A stretch of 32,000 nt of DNA, from the NCBI RefSeq assembly GCF_000009705.1, contig NC_003272.1, forward strand, positions 840,001 through 872,000, in the 5' to 3' direction. This stretch comes from Nostoc sp. PCC 7120 = FACHB-418. Its GTDB lineage: Bacteria; Cyanobacteriota; Cyanobacteriia; Cyanobacteriales; Nostocaceae. The translations under genes were made by a program, and so were the position numbers. Of this stretch, positions 16,652 to 26,399 are shown piece after piece (the first letter of the stretch is position 1; every line of letters starts with the position of its first letter). The notes beneath the pieces were generated by a model. The model was not told where the DNA came from. It did not search any database and was given only the letters and a program-made list of their open reading frames with translations.

Positions 16652-17254
16652 ATGAATGCTTTTCGTGTTGGGGTAGCAGGCCCAGTGGGTTCGGGGAAGA
16701 CGGCTTTAGTTGATGCTTTGTGTAAAGCATTGCGCGATCGCTATAAGCTGGCAGTGGTGACAAATGATATATATACTCAAGAAGATGCCCAATTTTTGGT
16801 ACGTTCTCAAGCTTTGACAAGCGATCGCATTTTAGGCGTAGAGACAGGCGGTTGTCCACACACAGCGATTCGGGAAGATGCTTCCATGAATTTGGCAGCA
16901 ATTGAACAGCTAGAACAGCGTTTCACCGATTTAGATTTAGTCTTTTTAGAAAGCGGTGGAGATAATTTAGCTGCTACCTTTAGTCCTGAATTAGTAGATT
17001 TAACAATTTACGTAATTGATGTAGCTGCCGGTGACAAAATCCCCCGCAAAGGTGGGCCAGGAATTACCAAATCTGACTTATTAGTAATTAATAAAACTGA
17101 CCTAGCCCCATACGTTGGCGCAGATTTAAGCGTTATGGAAAGAGACGCAAAAAAAATGCGCGGCGATAAACCCTTTATTTTTACTAATTTAAAAACTCAA
17201 CAAGGACTCAACGATGTAATTGAATTTGTTTGTAATCATATCTGTCCTGTGTAG
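16652..17254 (+). CDS. ureG: Urease accessory GTPase UreG
   Basis: 200 aa. P-loop is [23 protein letters not shown] is the CPH metal motif, and NKTD is the specificity motif. Confidence 0.95.
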   Translation: MNAFRVGVAGPVGSGKTALVDALCKALRDRYKLAVVTNDIYTQEDAQFLVRSQALTSDRILGVETGGCPHTAIREDASMNLAAIEQLEQRFTDLDLVFLESGGDNLAATFSPELVDLTIYVIDVAAGDKIPRKGGPGITKSDLLVINKTDLAPYVGADLSVMERDAKKMRGDKPFIFTNLKTQQGLNDVIEFVCNHICPV

Positions 17255-17260
17255 AGGTAA

Positions 17261-17307
17261 GCAGAAGCAGGGGAACTTACTCAAATATTTCCCCCCCTTC
17301 CTTCTGC
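17261..17307. terminator. Imperfect hairpin between convergent ureG and the 17316 gene (GCAGAAG..GGGG / CCCC..CTTCTGC)
   Basis: A 7-bp plus 4-bp interrupted stem starts 7 nt after the ureG stop. There is no clear U-tract. Confidence 0.35.
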
Positions 17308-17315
17308 CCCAATTT

Positions 17316-17954
17316 CTAACATTTACCATTCCCTACTCCCAGGACTTTCGGTGCGTCCACCTGTAAGGTCATCTGCTCAGAACGCACGGTTAAAAAAGAA
17401 TTACCTAAGCCCATACTAGAAAAAGGGCTGGTAGTAGGAACATCCAAGCTAGAGCCTATAAAACCAACTAAAGCTTCAAATTTAGCAGTAAATGTCAGTA
17501 AATCGTTAGCCAGCCTACTAAAACCCGGTACAGCTAACTTTTGCCGCCATGCCAAACTTTGTTGGTCGTAGTTAAGAGTACACAATTGTTGGTTTCCCTG
17601 ATGGACTGTAACGGATTTTTCCTGCCAAGTAAATTCGGCAAATTCCTTTGGTAATCCCCAAATTTCTCGACCGCCAGCTACAGAGTCAGCATTATCTACA
17701 TATATATGAGAAATCCAACCACCGATTTTTCCCTTATCAGCCACCACAGCTAAAGCTACAATTAACTCGCTATACTCCAGCACCGAGCCAGAACCGTAAG
17801 ATGATAGATATACTGTGGCGATGGTTTTACCCGGCCAGACAGAGAACAGGTTTAACCCGGTGGGAATTAGTGAGCGCACTTGGTCAATATTCACCAAATG
17901 CAAAGTTTCGATAGCAAAACCTTTAAGTGTCCAAGGTGCTAGTGGATATGGCAT
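17316..17954 (-). CDS. Acetoacetate decarboxylase (ADC)-family protein (tentative)
   Basis: The ORF-track start at 17969 is GTG, and I prefer the ATG at 17954 (MPYPLAPWTLKG...). The PYPxAPW N-terminus and WISHIYVDNxxSVAGGREIWGLPKE segment resemble ADC-like beta-cone proteins. Recognised from memory only. Confidence 0.5.
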   Translation of the reverse strand: MPYPLAPWTLKGFAIETLHLVNIDQVRSLIPTGLNLFSVWPGKTIATVYLSSYGSGSVLEYSELIVALAVVADKGKIGGWISHIYVDNADSVAGGREIWGLPKEFAEFTWQEKSVTVHQGNQQLCTLNYDQQSLAWRQKLAVPGFSRLANDLLTFTAKFEALVGFIGSSLDVPTTSPFSSMGLGNSFLTVRSEQMTLQVDAPKVLGVGNGKC

Positions 17955-18038
17955 AGCTTTATTTACCACGTAAAAGGATGATGGGTATTGGGTACTAAGT
18001 AGTAGAGATAATCTTACCCAATCCCCAATTCCTATTCC

Positions 18039-19409
18039 CTAAAGATTACCTTCAATCAACAGGCGATACTCACTCTTTTGCTTAACACCTTTAACTTCTT
18101 TCACCAGTTCTTTATCCTTAAAGAACTGAACAGTTGGTGTGCCGGTTACCCCAGCATTTTCGGCAATATCGCGGTCTTGGTCGATATCGATTTCCACAAA
18201 GTGGATTTTGCTGTCAAATTCATCAACCACTTTATTTAAGATTGGCTTGAGGGTATGGCAAGGCCCACAACCAGGGGAGACATATTTGACAATGAGTAGG
18301 CGATCGCTTTCATGGAATAATTTCCTTAAAGCATAACCACCAGCATGACGAGTTGCATTCACATCAAATCCCGCTTCTTGTTCCGCTTCGGTTTTCTGCG
18401 CTACTGGCTGAGTTTCTAACTCATTATTGATTGTTGCTTCTTGATGGAACTCTTGAATCAACGCATTCGCAGACAACCAGCGCTCTGCTAATAGCGCTGC
18501 CGCGCAGCCACTACCAGCCGCCGTAATTGCTTGGCGATACTCATGGTCTTGTACGTCACCCGCCGCGAAGACACCCTCTACACTGGTTTCTGGTGAACCA
18601 TGTTTGGTGACAACATAACCAATTTCATCCAGTTCTAGTTGTCCCTGAAATAAGGAAGTGTTGGGCTTGTGACCAATAGCGTAGAATAAACCTTTGGCGT
18701 GTACGTTGGTTTCTTCCCCAGTCTGATTATTGCGGACTTTCACCCCATCCATGTGACCATTACCAAACACATCCACAACTTCTGTGTTCCAATGCACTTG
18801 GATTTTGGGGTTACTCAAAACGCGGTCTTGCATCGCTTTAGAAGCCCGCATCTTTTCAGAACGCACCAACAAATTAACCTTCGAACCGTACTTGGTGAGA
18901 TATATTGATTCTTCCGCCGCCGAGTCGCCAGCACCAATCACAGCCAACTCTGCACCGTGGAAAATCGGGGTTGCACCATCACAGATTGCACAAGCCGAAA
19001 TTCCCCGACTCCAAAATTCATGCTCACTAGGTAAACCCAAACGCTTGGCAGTTGCACCAGTAGCAATAATAATAGTGTGTGCCTTAACTTCTCTTTCCTC
19101 TGAGCGCACAGTAAATGGACGTTGGCTCAAATCAACTGATATAACATCTTCAGTATATAACTCAGCCCCCCAGCGCTCTGCCTGAGCCTTCATCCTATCC
19201 ATTAATTCCGGCCCCGTAATCCCTTGGGGAAACCCCGGAAAGTTCTCTACCTCCGTCGTTGTCATGAGTTGCCCACCAGGCAAACCCCCAGCTTGAAAAC
19301 CTTCAAATACAACGGGTTTTAGGTTAGCTCTCGCCGCATAGATAGCAGCTGTATACCCTGCTGGCCCAGAACCAATAATGACTAAGTTTTCTACAGTTGG
19401 GTTAGACAT
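18039..19409 (-). CDS. NADPH-dependent thioredoxin reductase C (NTRC: thioredoxin reductase fused to a C-terminal thioredoxin domain)
   Basis: FAD motif is [16 protein letters not shown], the redox CAICDG is present, and the NADPH motif is GAGDSAAEE. The C-terminal Trx module has CGPC. I place the start at ATG 19409 ([18 protein letters not shown]), not the ORF-track ATG at 19490, giving about 456 aa. Confidence 0.9.
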   Translation of the reverse strand: MSNPTVENLVIIGSGPAGYTAAIYAARANLKPVVFEGFQAGGLPGGQLMTTTEVENFPGFPQGITGPELMDRMKAQAERWGAELYTEDVISVDLSQRPFTVRSEEREVKAHTIIIATGATAKRLGLPSEHEFWSRGISACAICDGATPIFHGAELAVIGAGDSAAEESIYLTKYGSKVNLLVRSEKMRASKAMQDRVLSNPKIQVHWNTEVVDVFGNGHMDGVKVRNNQTGEETNVHAKGLFYAIGHKPNTSLFQGQLELDEIGYVVTKHGSPETSVEGVFAAGDVQDHEYRQAITAAGSGCAAALLAERWLSANALIQEFHQEATINNELETQPVAQKTEAEQEAGFDVNATRHAGGYALRKLFHESDRLLIVKYVSPGCGPCHTLKPILNKVVDEFDSKIHFVEIDIDQDRDIAENAGVTGTPTVQFFKDKELVKEVKGVKQKSEYRLLIEGNL

Positions 19410-19611
19410 AATATTTATAACGAACTCATAACGACTACGTTTAATATAGCATAACATATCAGATCGGCAAGGGGAGTGACAAGAAAACATCTACTAGCTT
19501 GAGCCACTTCAAGATAGCTATTGGCTTTTCGCCCATCTTCCTGCGGAATCAGTGGCAACTGTTCGTGTAATATGAATTAGCTTTTCTATGTAGCAGATAT
19601 AAAACGCTTTT

Positions 19612-20538
19612 ATGAATCAATTGACAGTTAAAGATTGGACAGTCATCAAGCGGCAGCTGACTCCTTATCTGTTCTTGCTACCTGCTTTGGTTTTGTTGGG
19701 GTTAACTGTCTTTTGGCCAGCATTGCAAGCCTTTTACCTGAGTTTTACTAGCTACGAAGACTTAAGCCAACCGCCGCAGTGGATAGGTTTTAAAAACTTT
19801 CTTCGGTTGTGGAAAGATGCCGTTTTTTGGAAAACTTTAGAAAATACATTTCTTTATCTTGTTGCTGTAGTGCCGATTTTGGTGATTGCGCCTCTAGGGT
19901 TGGCAATTTTAGTTAATCAAAAACTACGCGGAATTAATTGGTTTAGAGCCGCATACTACACGCCAGTAGTAATTTCTATGGTGGTTGCTGGTATCGCTTG
20001 GAAATGGCTATACGCCGAAAATGGCTTACTTAATCAGTTGCTAAAAACCATCGGTCTTTTCCCAGAAGGAATTCCCTGGCTCACAACTTCCGCTAAAATT
20101 TTCGGGATTGTACCAATTTCTCTAGCCAGCGTCATGGCTGTGACGATATGGAAAGGACTAGGCTATTACATGGTGATTTATCTAGCTGGGTTGCAATCAA
20201 TTCCCGCAGATGTGTATGAAGCCGCCGCCATTGATGGCTCAGATGGGATTAGTAAACATTGGGATATTACCATCCCTTTAATGAAACCTTATTTAGCACT
20301 AGTAGCAGTAATTTCCGCGATTTCCGCTACTAAGGTGTTTGAGGAAGTGTATATCATGACTCAAGGCGGGCCACTCAATAGCTCGAAAACCATTGTTTAT
20401 TATCTATATGAGCAAGCCTTCAGTAATTTAGAAATCAGCTACGCCTGCACCATTGGACTCGTACTATTTTTGATAATTTTGGCTTTATCAGTGTTGCGGT
20501 TAGTGATTAGTCCACCAGGGGGAGACGGTCTAGTTTAA
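19612..20538 (+). CDS. Carbohydrate-type ABC transporter permease (MalF/UgpA-like, binding-protein-dependent family)
   Basis: 308 aa with 6 TM segments. The EAA-loop-like segment is YEAAAIDGSDGISKHWDITIPLMKP. Confidence 0.85.
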   Translation: MNQLTVKDWTVIKRQLTPYLFLLPALVLLGLTVFWPALQAFYLSFTSYEDLSQPPQWIGFKNFLRLWKDAVFWKTLENTFLYLVAVVPILVIAPLGLAILVNQKLRGINWFRAAYYTPVVISMVVAGIAWKWLYAENGLLNQLLKTIGLFPEGIPWLTTSAKIFGIVPISLASVMAVTIWKGLGYYMVIYLAGLQSIPADVYEAAAIDGSDGISKHWDITIPLMKPYLALVAVISAISATKVFEEVYIMTQGGPLNSSKTIVYYLYEQAFSNLEISYACTIGLVLFLIILALSVLRLVISPPGGDGLV

Positions 20539-20746
20539 TACTTAGACTACCGCCTTAAATTTTCCTATGCTACATTGGGTTACAAGATAGTAATACATTT
20601 GCCGAGCTATGGTTTGGGTTCTGTATACCCGACTGGTGCGCCAACCTCTGGATTGAGCGTATACCGCAAAGTAATAAGTTACTATTTTACCCCGTTTGAT
20701 AAGGTCAGTGGCAGAGCCGATAAAGCTTATGCTACATCAAACACAC

Positions 20747-20818
<72 letters not shown>

Positions 20819-21216
20819 CCAACCCTGTCCGGGTCAAAAGACACTACTCTGCAAAAGTAGCCCATTTAACTTTAGAAAAACTCTGTGATGTAGGTTTACT
20901 ATTGGCCATCACTTGGTGATGTTCAGTAGTAGCAGTGAAGGAGCTAGAGCGGATTTTCTCTCTCTAACTTGAGTATGTTCCTTCGGTTTCCTATTTAGGC
21001 AGACTGAACGACATATTTGATGCTGTTGTCTATTTTTAGATGACCCTTGGGTATTCTAGACGCAAGCAGCAGCAATCTTAATCCAGTTTTGGAGACATAT
21101 TCGCCCGCAACTGAACTGTAAACACCTACATTTGCAGAGTTTTAAAATATAGTGTAGTATGTGTAGTATAAACGAGCTTGATAGGATATCAACTTCTTTA
21201 TTCATAAGTTACTGCT

Positions 21217-21798
21217 ATGCCCAACTTTGATAATCAATTACAAACGTTCCAAGCCAGCGATCGCCAAGAATGGCGGGAATGGTTAGAGAAAAACTATCAA
21301 ACATCTATTGGTGTATGGCTAATTTATTACAAAGTCAAAAGTGGTAAACCAAGTATTAAATATAATGAAGCAGTCAAAGAAGCCTTATGTTTTGGTTGGA
21401 TTGACAGTAAAGTTAAATCTTTAGATGAAGAACGTTATATGCAGATATTTACTCCTCGGAAACCGAAAAGTGTATGGTCAAAATTAAATAAACAATATAT
21501 CCAAGAACTGAGTGAGCAAGGTTTGATGATTGAGGCTGGTTTAGCGAAGATTGCAGCCGCAAAACAAGATGGTTCATGGACTAAGTTAGATGACATAGAA
21601 GCATTAATTATTCCAGAGGATTTACAACAAGCCTTAGCAGCAAATGAAACGGCTAATCAATATTTTTTGGGATTAAGTAACTCATCGAAAAAAAATATTC
21701 TCTCCTGGATTGCTAGCGCTAAACGTCCAGAAACAAGATTGAAGCGAATTGAGCAAACTATCAATTCAACAGCACAAAATAAACTTCCTAAGTTATAA
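21217..21798 (+). CDS. YdeI/OmpD-associated (bacteriocin-protection, DUF1801-like) family protein
   Basis: 193 aa. The segments WREWLEKNYQTS.GVWL.YYK, EALCFGWIDS and FTPRKPKSVWSKLN are characteristic of the YdeI/OmdA family. Confidence 0.7.
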   Translation: MPNFDNQLQTFQASDRQEWREWLEKNYQTSIGVWLIYYKVKSGKPSIKYNEAVKEALCFGWIDSKVKSLDEERYMQIFTPRKPKSVWSKLNKQYIQELSEQGLMIEAGLAKIAAAKQDGSWTKLDDIEALIIPEDLQQALAANETANQYFLGLSNSSKKNILSWIASAKRPETRLKRIEQTINSTAQNKLPKL

Positions 21799-21841
21799 AT
21801 GTATTTGTTTCGTCATTTCCCAGTTATCTATATAAATTTAT

Positions 21842-23368
21842 ATGTGGAAAACATTTTATATTAAACCTAACGAAATCGGGATTTTATATCATCGGAGTGA
21901 TTTCAAAAAAATTTTACAGCCAGGGACTTACATTTATTTTGGTAGGCATTGGCAAGTTAAAACTTATGACCTCAATCAACCTGAAGCTAAGATTGAGAAT
22001 TTGGAATTATTGCTGCGAAATCACAGTGCAGAATTACAGGAACATTTACTAATAGTCAGGACAGCATTTAATCAAGCTGCTTTAGTTAGATGTGGGCAAA
22101 CTTGGCTTAGTGTTTTACCTAATCAACTGCGGGTGTTTTGGCGCGGTTTTATTGAGGTACAAGCTCATTTTTTCAATTTGGAAACAAATTTGGAATTACC
22201 TGCTGAGTTTGTACAGCAACTACGGGGAATTATTTTGAGTGGAATTAAGAAGTTCCCCGTTTCTGAGTATGAGCTTGGTTTGCTGTACGTGCAGAACAAC
22301 TTTGTGCGATCGCTCTCCACAGGAGAGTACGCTTTCTGGTCGGTTGATCGAGATGTTTCGGTACGGACTATCAGTCGTCTTATCCCTAATCCAGACTTTC
22401 CCTTAGAAGAAATTTTGATTGAGCAACACCCTGATTTTGTGGCTACTTATTGCGAAACGGTACAGTTACAGAGTCAACAAGTAGCGATCGCTCGTTATCA
22501 AGGTAAAGTCATCGCCATCCTACCACCAACCACCCGCAAGCTATTCTGGCAAGGTGTGGAAGTAGAAGTGATTGACATCAGTACTGATGCTAAATTGCCA
22601 ACCTCCCTTATTGCTGAATTAGTTTCTGGTTCACGAGAGGTTGTAGCCTTGAGCCACAATTATTTACACCTTTGCGAAGTTCCACCACAACACATTGGCT
22701 TGCTATACATTAATCAAGAATTTCAAGCACAACTCCCCTCAGGGAAACACGCCTGGTGGTTGTTTGGACGTTCTTGGCAAACGGAAGTCTTTGACCTACG
22801 TCAACAAACTTTGGAAGTATCCGGGCAAGATATCCTCTCTAAAGATAAAGTACCCTTACGTTTGAACTTAACTGCTGGCTACCGCCTTCTTGACCCCTTG
22901 AGAGCCAGAAACGGCTTATCAGATATTCTTAATTATTTATATAAAGAATTGCAGTTTGCCTTACGTGGTGCTGTGGGAGAGAGGAGTTTGGATGCTTTAC
23001 TGGAGGATAAAGGCACAATTGATAGAAGTATTTTTGAATATATTCGTCAGAAAACTGCTGACTATGGAATTGAGGTAGATTCGGTTGGAGTCAAAGATAT
23101 TATTCTCCCTGGCGAAATTAAAACGATTTTGAGCAAAGTAGTGGAAGCCGAAAAAGCTGCCCAAGCTAACGTAGTTCGTCGTCGTGAAGAAACTGCTGCC
23201 ACTCGCAGTATGTTGAATACCGCCAGGGTCATGGAAGATAACCCCGTAGCCTTGCGTTTGAAGGAGTTGGAGGTGCTAGAGCGAATTGCTGAGAAAATTG
23301 AGAAAATCCAAGTAAATGGCAGCTTGGACAGCATCTTGACGGAATTAATTCGGATTAATCCCAATTAA
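21842..23368 (+). CDS. SPFH/band-7 (stomatin/slipin-like) domain protein with a long repeat-containing N-terminal extension and no obvious TM anchor
   Basis: 508 aa. The C-terminal about 230 aa is SPFH-like (SKDKVPLRLNLTAGYRLLDP..., GIEVDSVGVKDIILPGEI, AAQANVVRRREETAATR, NPVALRLKELEVLERIAEK). Upstream are four extra copies of the first SPFH beta-hairpin motif. Confidence 0.8.
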   Translation: MWKTFYIKPNEIGILYHRSDFKKILQPGTYIYFGRHWQVKTYDLNQPEAKIENLELLLRNHSAELQEHLLIVRTAFNQAALVRCGQTWLSVLPNQLRVFWRGFIEVQAHFFNLETNLELPAEFVQQLRGIILSGIKKFPVSEYELGLLYVQNNFVRSLSTGEYAFWSVDRDVSVRTISRLIPNPDFPLEEILIEQHPDFVATYCETVQLQSQQVAIARYQGKVIAILPPTTRKLFWQGVEVEVIDISTDAKLPTSLIAELVSGSREVVALSHNYLHLCEVPPQHIGLLYINQEFQAQLPSGKHAWWLFGRSWQTEVFDLRQQTLEVSGQDILSKDKVPLRLNLTAGYRLLDPLRARNGLSDILNYLYKELQFALRGAVGERSLDALLEDKGTIDRSIFEYIRQKTADYGIEVDSVGVKDIILPGEIKTILSKVVEAEKAAQANVVRRREETAATRSMLNTARVMEDNPVALRLKELEVLERIAEKIEKIQVNGSLDSILTELIRINPN

Positions 23369-23483
23369 AAGCTCTATTTTCGATAATTTACAATCCTACG
23401 TAACTAATTATCTAAGATAGATGCAGAGAATTGGCTTCTATGTCATCCTAGAAAAGGAGAGTTAATTCGGTGAGTATCTTTGT

Positions 23484-23529
23484 TTTTAGTATTGACGGGC
23501 TTTTCCCTTTTAGTATTTACAGGCTTTTC
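23484..23529 (+). promoter_or_regulatory. Tandem 22-nt direct repeat (period 24) in the rbp upstream/leader region
   Basis: TTTTAGTATTGACGGGCTTTTC (23484-23505) and TTTTAGTATTTACAGGCTTTTC (23508-23529) match at 20 of 22 positions. They end 45 nt before the rbp ATG. A possible -35 TTGACG / -10 TATTTA pair with a 16-nt spacer lies inside the repeats. Confidence 0.4.
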
Positions 23530-23574
23530 TCCGAAATTTACATCTCTAGACAGTAACAATTTTGGAGACCATCA

Positions 23575-23883
23575 ATGTCAATTTACGTAGGCAACCTCTC
23601 GTACGAAGTTACTCAAGACACCTTGAGCGCTGTTTTTGCAGAATACGGTACTGTAAAACGTGTTCAACTACCTACTGACCGCGAAACAGGACAACCACGG
23701 GGCTTTGGTTTTGTGGAAATGGGCAGTGAAGCTGAAGAAGCAGCCGCTATCGAAGCTCTTGATGGTGCTGAATGGATGGGACGTGACCTAAAAGTTAACA
23801 AAGCCAAGCCCAGAGAAGACCGAGGTCCTTCTGGTGGTAATCGGGGAGGATATGGTGGAGGCGGTGGACGCAACCGCTACTAA
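23575..23883 (+). CDS. RRM-type RNA-binding protein with glycine-rich C-terminus (cyanobacterial Rbp family)
   Basis: 102 aa. RNP2 is IYVGNL, RNP1 is RGFGFVEM, and the C-terminal tail is GGNRGGYGGGGGRNRY. GGAGA lies 8 nt upstream of the ATG. Confidence 0.9.
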   Translation: MSIYVGNLSYEVTQDTLSAVFAEYGTVKRVQLPTDRETGQPRGFGFVEMGSEAEEAAAIEALDGAEWMGRDLKVNKAKPREDRGPSGGNRGGYGGGGGRNRY

Positions 23884-24013
23884 GCTTTTAAAGCTGAAAT
23901 TTTTGTGGCCGATTTTCAGATTAGACAAAGAGTACGCCTTTTTTTTAAACTTGAGTCAACTGGACGGCTTACCATTATGAGCCATTAATTAAGCTAATTT
24001 AGCAGGAGAGATA

Positions 24014-24202
24014 ATGACCCAAATAGTAGTGGGTGAGAATGAACACATAGAGTCAGCCTTACGCCGATTCAAGCGAGAAGTTTCCAAAGCGGGAATTTTT
24101 CAAGACATGAGGAAGCACCGTCACTTTGAAACGCCTATTGAAAAAAGCAAGCGCAAAAAACTTGCCTTGCACAAGCAGAGCAAAAGACGTTTCCGCACCT
24201 AA
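24014..24202 (+). CDS. rpsU: 30S ribosomal protein S21
   Basis: 62 aa. [34 protein letters not shown] is typical S21. AGGAG lies upstream of the ATG. Confidence 0.95.
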   Translation: MTQIVVGENEHIESALRRFKREVSKAGIFQDMRKHRHFETPIEKSKRKKLALHKQSKRRFRT

Positions 24203-24222
24203 AGGATGACATAGAGACAAAA

Positions 24223-24258
24223 GAAAACCCTCATAGTGCTTATGAGGGTTTTCTTTTG
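24223..24258. terminator. Rho-independent terminator (13-bp perfect stem, 5-nt loop), usable on both strands
   Basis: GAAAACCCTCATA-gtgct-TATGAGGGTTTTC is followed by TTTTGG on the plus strand and preceded by an A-run (a U-run on the minus strand). It sits between convergent rpsU and the cyclase gene. Confidence 0.8.
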
Positions 24259-24310
24259 GCGATTTAGCTCAGAAGAGGAAAAAGGTAGAAAAATCAGGAA
24301 TGACACGTAA

Positions 24311-25951
24311 CTAATGATTAATAATTGTTGTTACCTGTTGTAGTTTTGTTTGATAAACCTTGACTAATCTATCAATTCCTTTAAAACGATAATCTCCCAT
24401 TTTTTGAAAATCATAACGTTGTGAAAGTAATTCATAAGTGGCTTCACTAATGACGCATTCGCTAGGTGGACAGATTGCTTCCATACGCGCAGCTAAATTA
24501 ATTGTTCCGCCTAAGGCTGTGTACTCTACCCGTTGAGAACTACCAACATCCCCAACAACAGCCTTACCACTGTTAATGGCTATACGCAACTGTAGGGGTT
24601 CTTGCCAGAAACCATTGGCGTTGAGATGTTCCATCCGAATGAGCATAGCTTTAGCCGCAGCCGTGGCGCGATCGGCGTGGTCTGCTTGGGGTTCGGGCGC
24701 GCCAAAAAATGCCATGATACAATCACCGATATATTTATCTAAAGTGCCGCCACAGGCAAACACTTCTTGCAACATCTCTTCAAATAAATTATTTAATAAT
24801 TGAGCGATCGCTGTTGGTGTTAACCTTTCGGAAATAGCTGTAAAACCCACTAAATCAGCAAACAAAATACTGATTTCGCTTTCCGCCGGGGGTAAGCGAC
24901 CATCTGGTAAACCACCAATAGAAATCAATTGTTGGACGACAGCCGGGGAATGATAGCGTTCTAGGCGATGGCGAATGACTTCTTCTGTTTTCAGTTTCTC
25001 TGCTAATAACCAACGCTGGACGCTAGAAGCCACAAGATTTGCCAAAGCGGAAAAAAAGCTGAGTTCTTCTTCACCATCTCTCTCCCAGTGATAAGAAGAT
25101 AAATGAGCATCAGCATAAAGCACGCCTACAACTTTATTTTCATCCCATAACGGTACAGCCATCGCGCTACGAATGCCTTTGAGTAAAATGCTGTGTTCAC
25201 TAGAAAACCGCTCATCTTTGTGCGTGTCAGCAGTTTGGATGACGATTTTTTCTTCAAATACCTTTTGACAAATACTACGACTAATCCAACTAGCATCAGC
25301 TAATAAGTATTGCTGCTGAGTTTTACTTCTAGTACCAGCATTGACTAGCTCTAAATGACCGCAACCATTGACATCAATTAATAATGCTAAACGGTCAATA
25401 CTACCGAGGTAACGAAATACAACCTGTTGCACCTGAAAAAAGATTTCCTCAATGGATGCAGCTGCACACAGATTTTTGGCGATGTCTACTAAGTCCTTGA
25501 GCCGGGCAATTGTTTTATTCTTATTGCTGATGTCACCATCATCACTATTAGCTTCTATCCATTGCTGTTGTAATTGCTTGGCACTGCGAAAAATGGTTCT
25601 TTGTTCGCCAACATCAGAAGGCTGTACTGGCTTAATCGAGACTACTGTCAGAGGTGTTTGAAGCAGCACGACTAAATTCACATTCCCCAACCAAATGACA
25701 TCACCATGCTGCAACTGTCGTGGATGGCTAACAATGCTTTGATTAACTTGTGTTCCGTTTTTACTACCCAGATCCTCAATTATCCATTTACCATCGGCTT
25801 TTTTTACCAATTGAGCGTGCTTACGAGAAACACCAGCGAACGGTAAGTATAAATTACATTCCGGCAACCGACCAATTGTGAACACATCTCGATTCACGGT
25901 AACAGTTGTTTCCGTATCTCCTTGTTGTAAGCGTAAAGTCAGTTCAGTCAT
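24311..25951 (-). CDS. FHA - GAF - class III adenylate/guanylate cyclase
   Basis: 546 aa. The FHA segment is TIGRLPECNLYLPFAGVSRKHAQL...GSKNGTQVN. A central GAF-like region is present. The cyclase domain is ISILFADLVGFTAISE...GDCIMAFFGAP...INSGKAVVGDVGS. The architecture recalls the FHA-containing Anabaena cyclase CyaD, but the symbol is not asserted. Confidence 0.9.
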   Translation of the reverse strand: MTELTLRLQQGDTETTVTVNRDVFTIGRLPECNLYLPFAGVSRKHAQLVKKADGKWIIEDLGSKNGTQVNQSIVSHPRQLQHGDVIWLGNVNLVVLLQTPLTVVSIKPVQPSDVGEQRTIFRSAKQLQQQWIEANSDDGDISNKNKTIARLKDLVDIAKNLCAAASIEEIFFQVQQVVFRYLGSIDRLALLIDVNGCGHLELVNAGTRSKTQQQYLLADASWISRSICQKVFEEKIVIQTADTHKDERFSSEHSILLKGIRSAMAVPLWDENKVVGVLYADAHLSSYHWERDGEEELSFFSALANLVASSVQRWLLAEKLKTEEVIRHRLERYHSPAVVQQLISIGGLPDGRLPPAESEISILFADLVGFTAISERLTPTAIAQLLNNLFEEMLQEVFACGGTLDKYIGDCIMAFFGAPEPQADHADRATAAAKAMLIRMEHLNANGFWQEPLQLRIAINSGKAVVGDVGSSQRVEYTALGGTINLAARMEAICPPSECVISEATYELLSQRYDFQKMGDYRFKGIDRLVKVYQTKLQQVTTIINH

Positions 25952-26399
25952 GGGTGTAATATATGTATCCTGGCAGATGGGAACACAAAGTTGTCTAAGG
26001 CAAAGAATAGAAGGATAGTCTTTACCTTTTCTTTATGGCATTCTTAATGAAGATCGACAACTATATGTAGTAATTATTACGCATCTATTATATTGAAAAC
26101 TTTTTAAAGCTCTATGAGGGGTGACTCAGAGAAATTACTTAATCTTCTCTAAATATCACCTGTATATATATAAATTAATCTCATTTTGTCTTGGGTTATA
26201 CAATGTTTATTAATAACCAAAATAGAATTCATATTTTAAGTATCAGTAAATATCTTTATCTTTAATTCATAATATCTTTACAGAAAAAATACATTTGCTA
26301 AAGCAAAATTTTATTTGAGCAAATAATATTAGATAAGCATGAGCATTATCTAAATTTAGATACTGAGTATTAACCAGTAATTATTAACAGTTATTCCTT

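Noticed and set aside
16650-16901. 83-aa ORF antisense to ureG, and similar antisense ORFs in other genes (4131..4340, 5963..6169, 6648..6875, 17648..17914, 18139..19185, 23062..23364, 23664..23873, 24576..24803, 25452..25661, 26483..26737, 27046..27258)
   Set aside because: Each lies wholly inside a confidently identified gene on the opposite strand, with no independent support.
19410-19490. 27-codon N-terminal extension of the NTRC ORF ([12 protein letters not shown]...), and the 32-codon extension of the VOC ORF (29365..29460)
   Set aside because: The extensions precede the conserved family N-termini (the FAD-binding GSGPAG fold begins right after M28) and have no family-like sequence. 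Internal ATGs give normal-length proteins.
26067-26080. Perfect NtcA-type palindrome GTA-N8-TAC in the cyclase/VanZ divergent region
   Set aside because: By my estimate, about 8 such matches are expected by chance in 32 kb (1 per 4096 positions). I could not find a properly spaced TAN3T -10 box in either direction.
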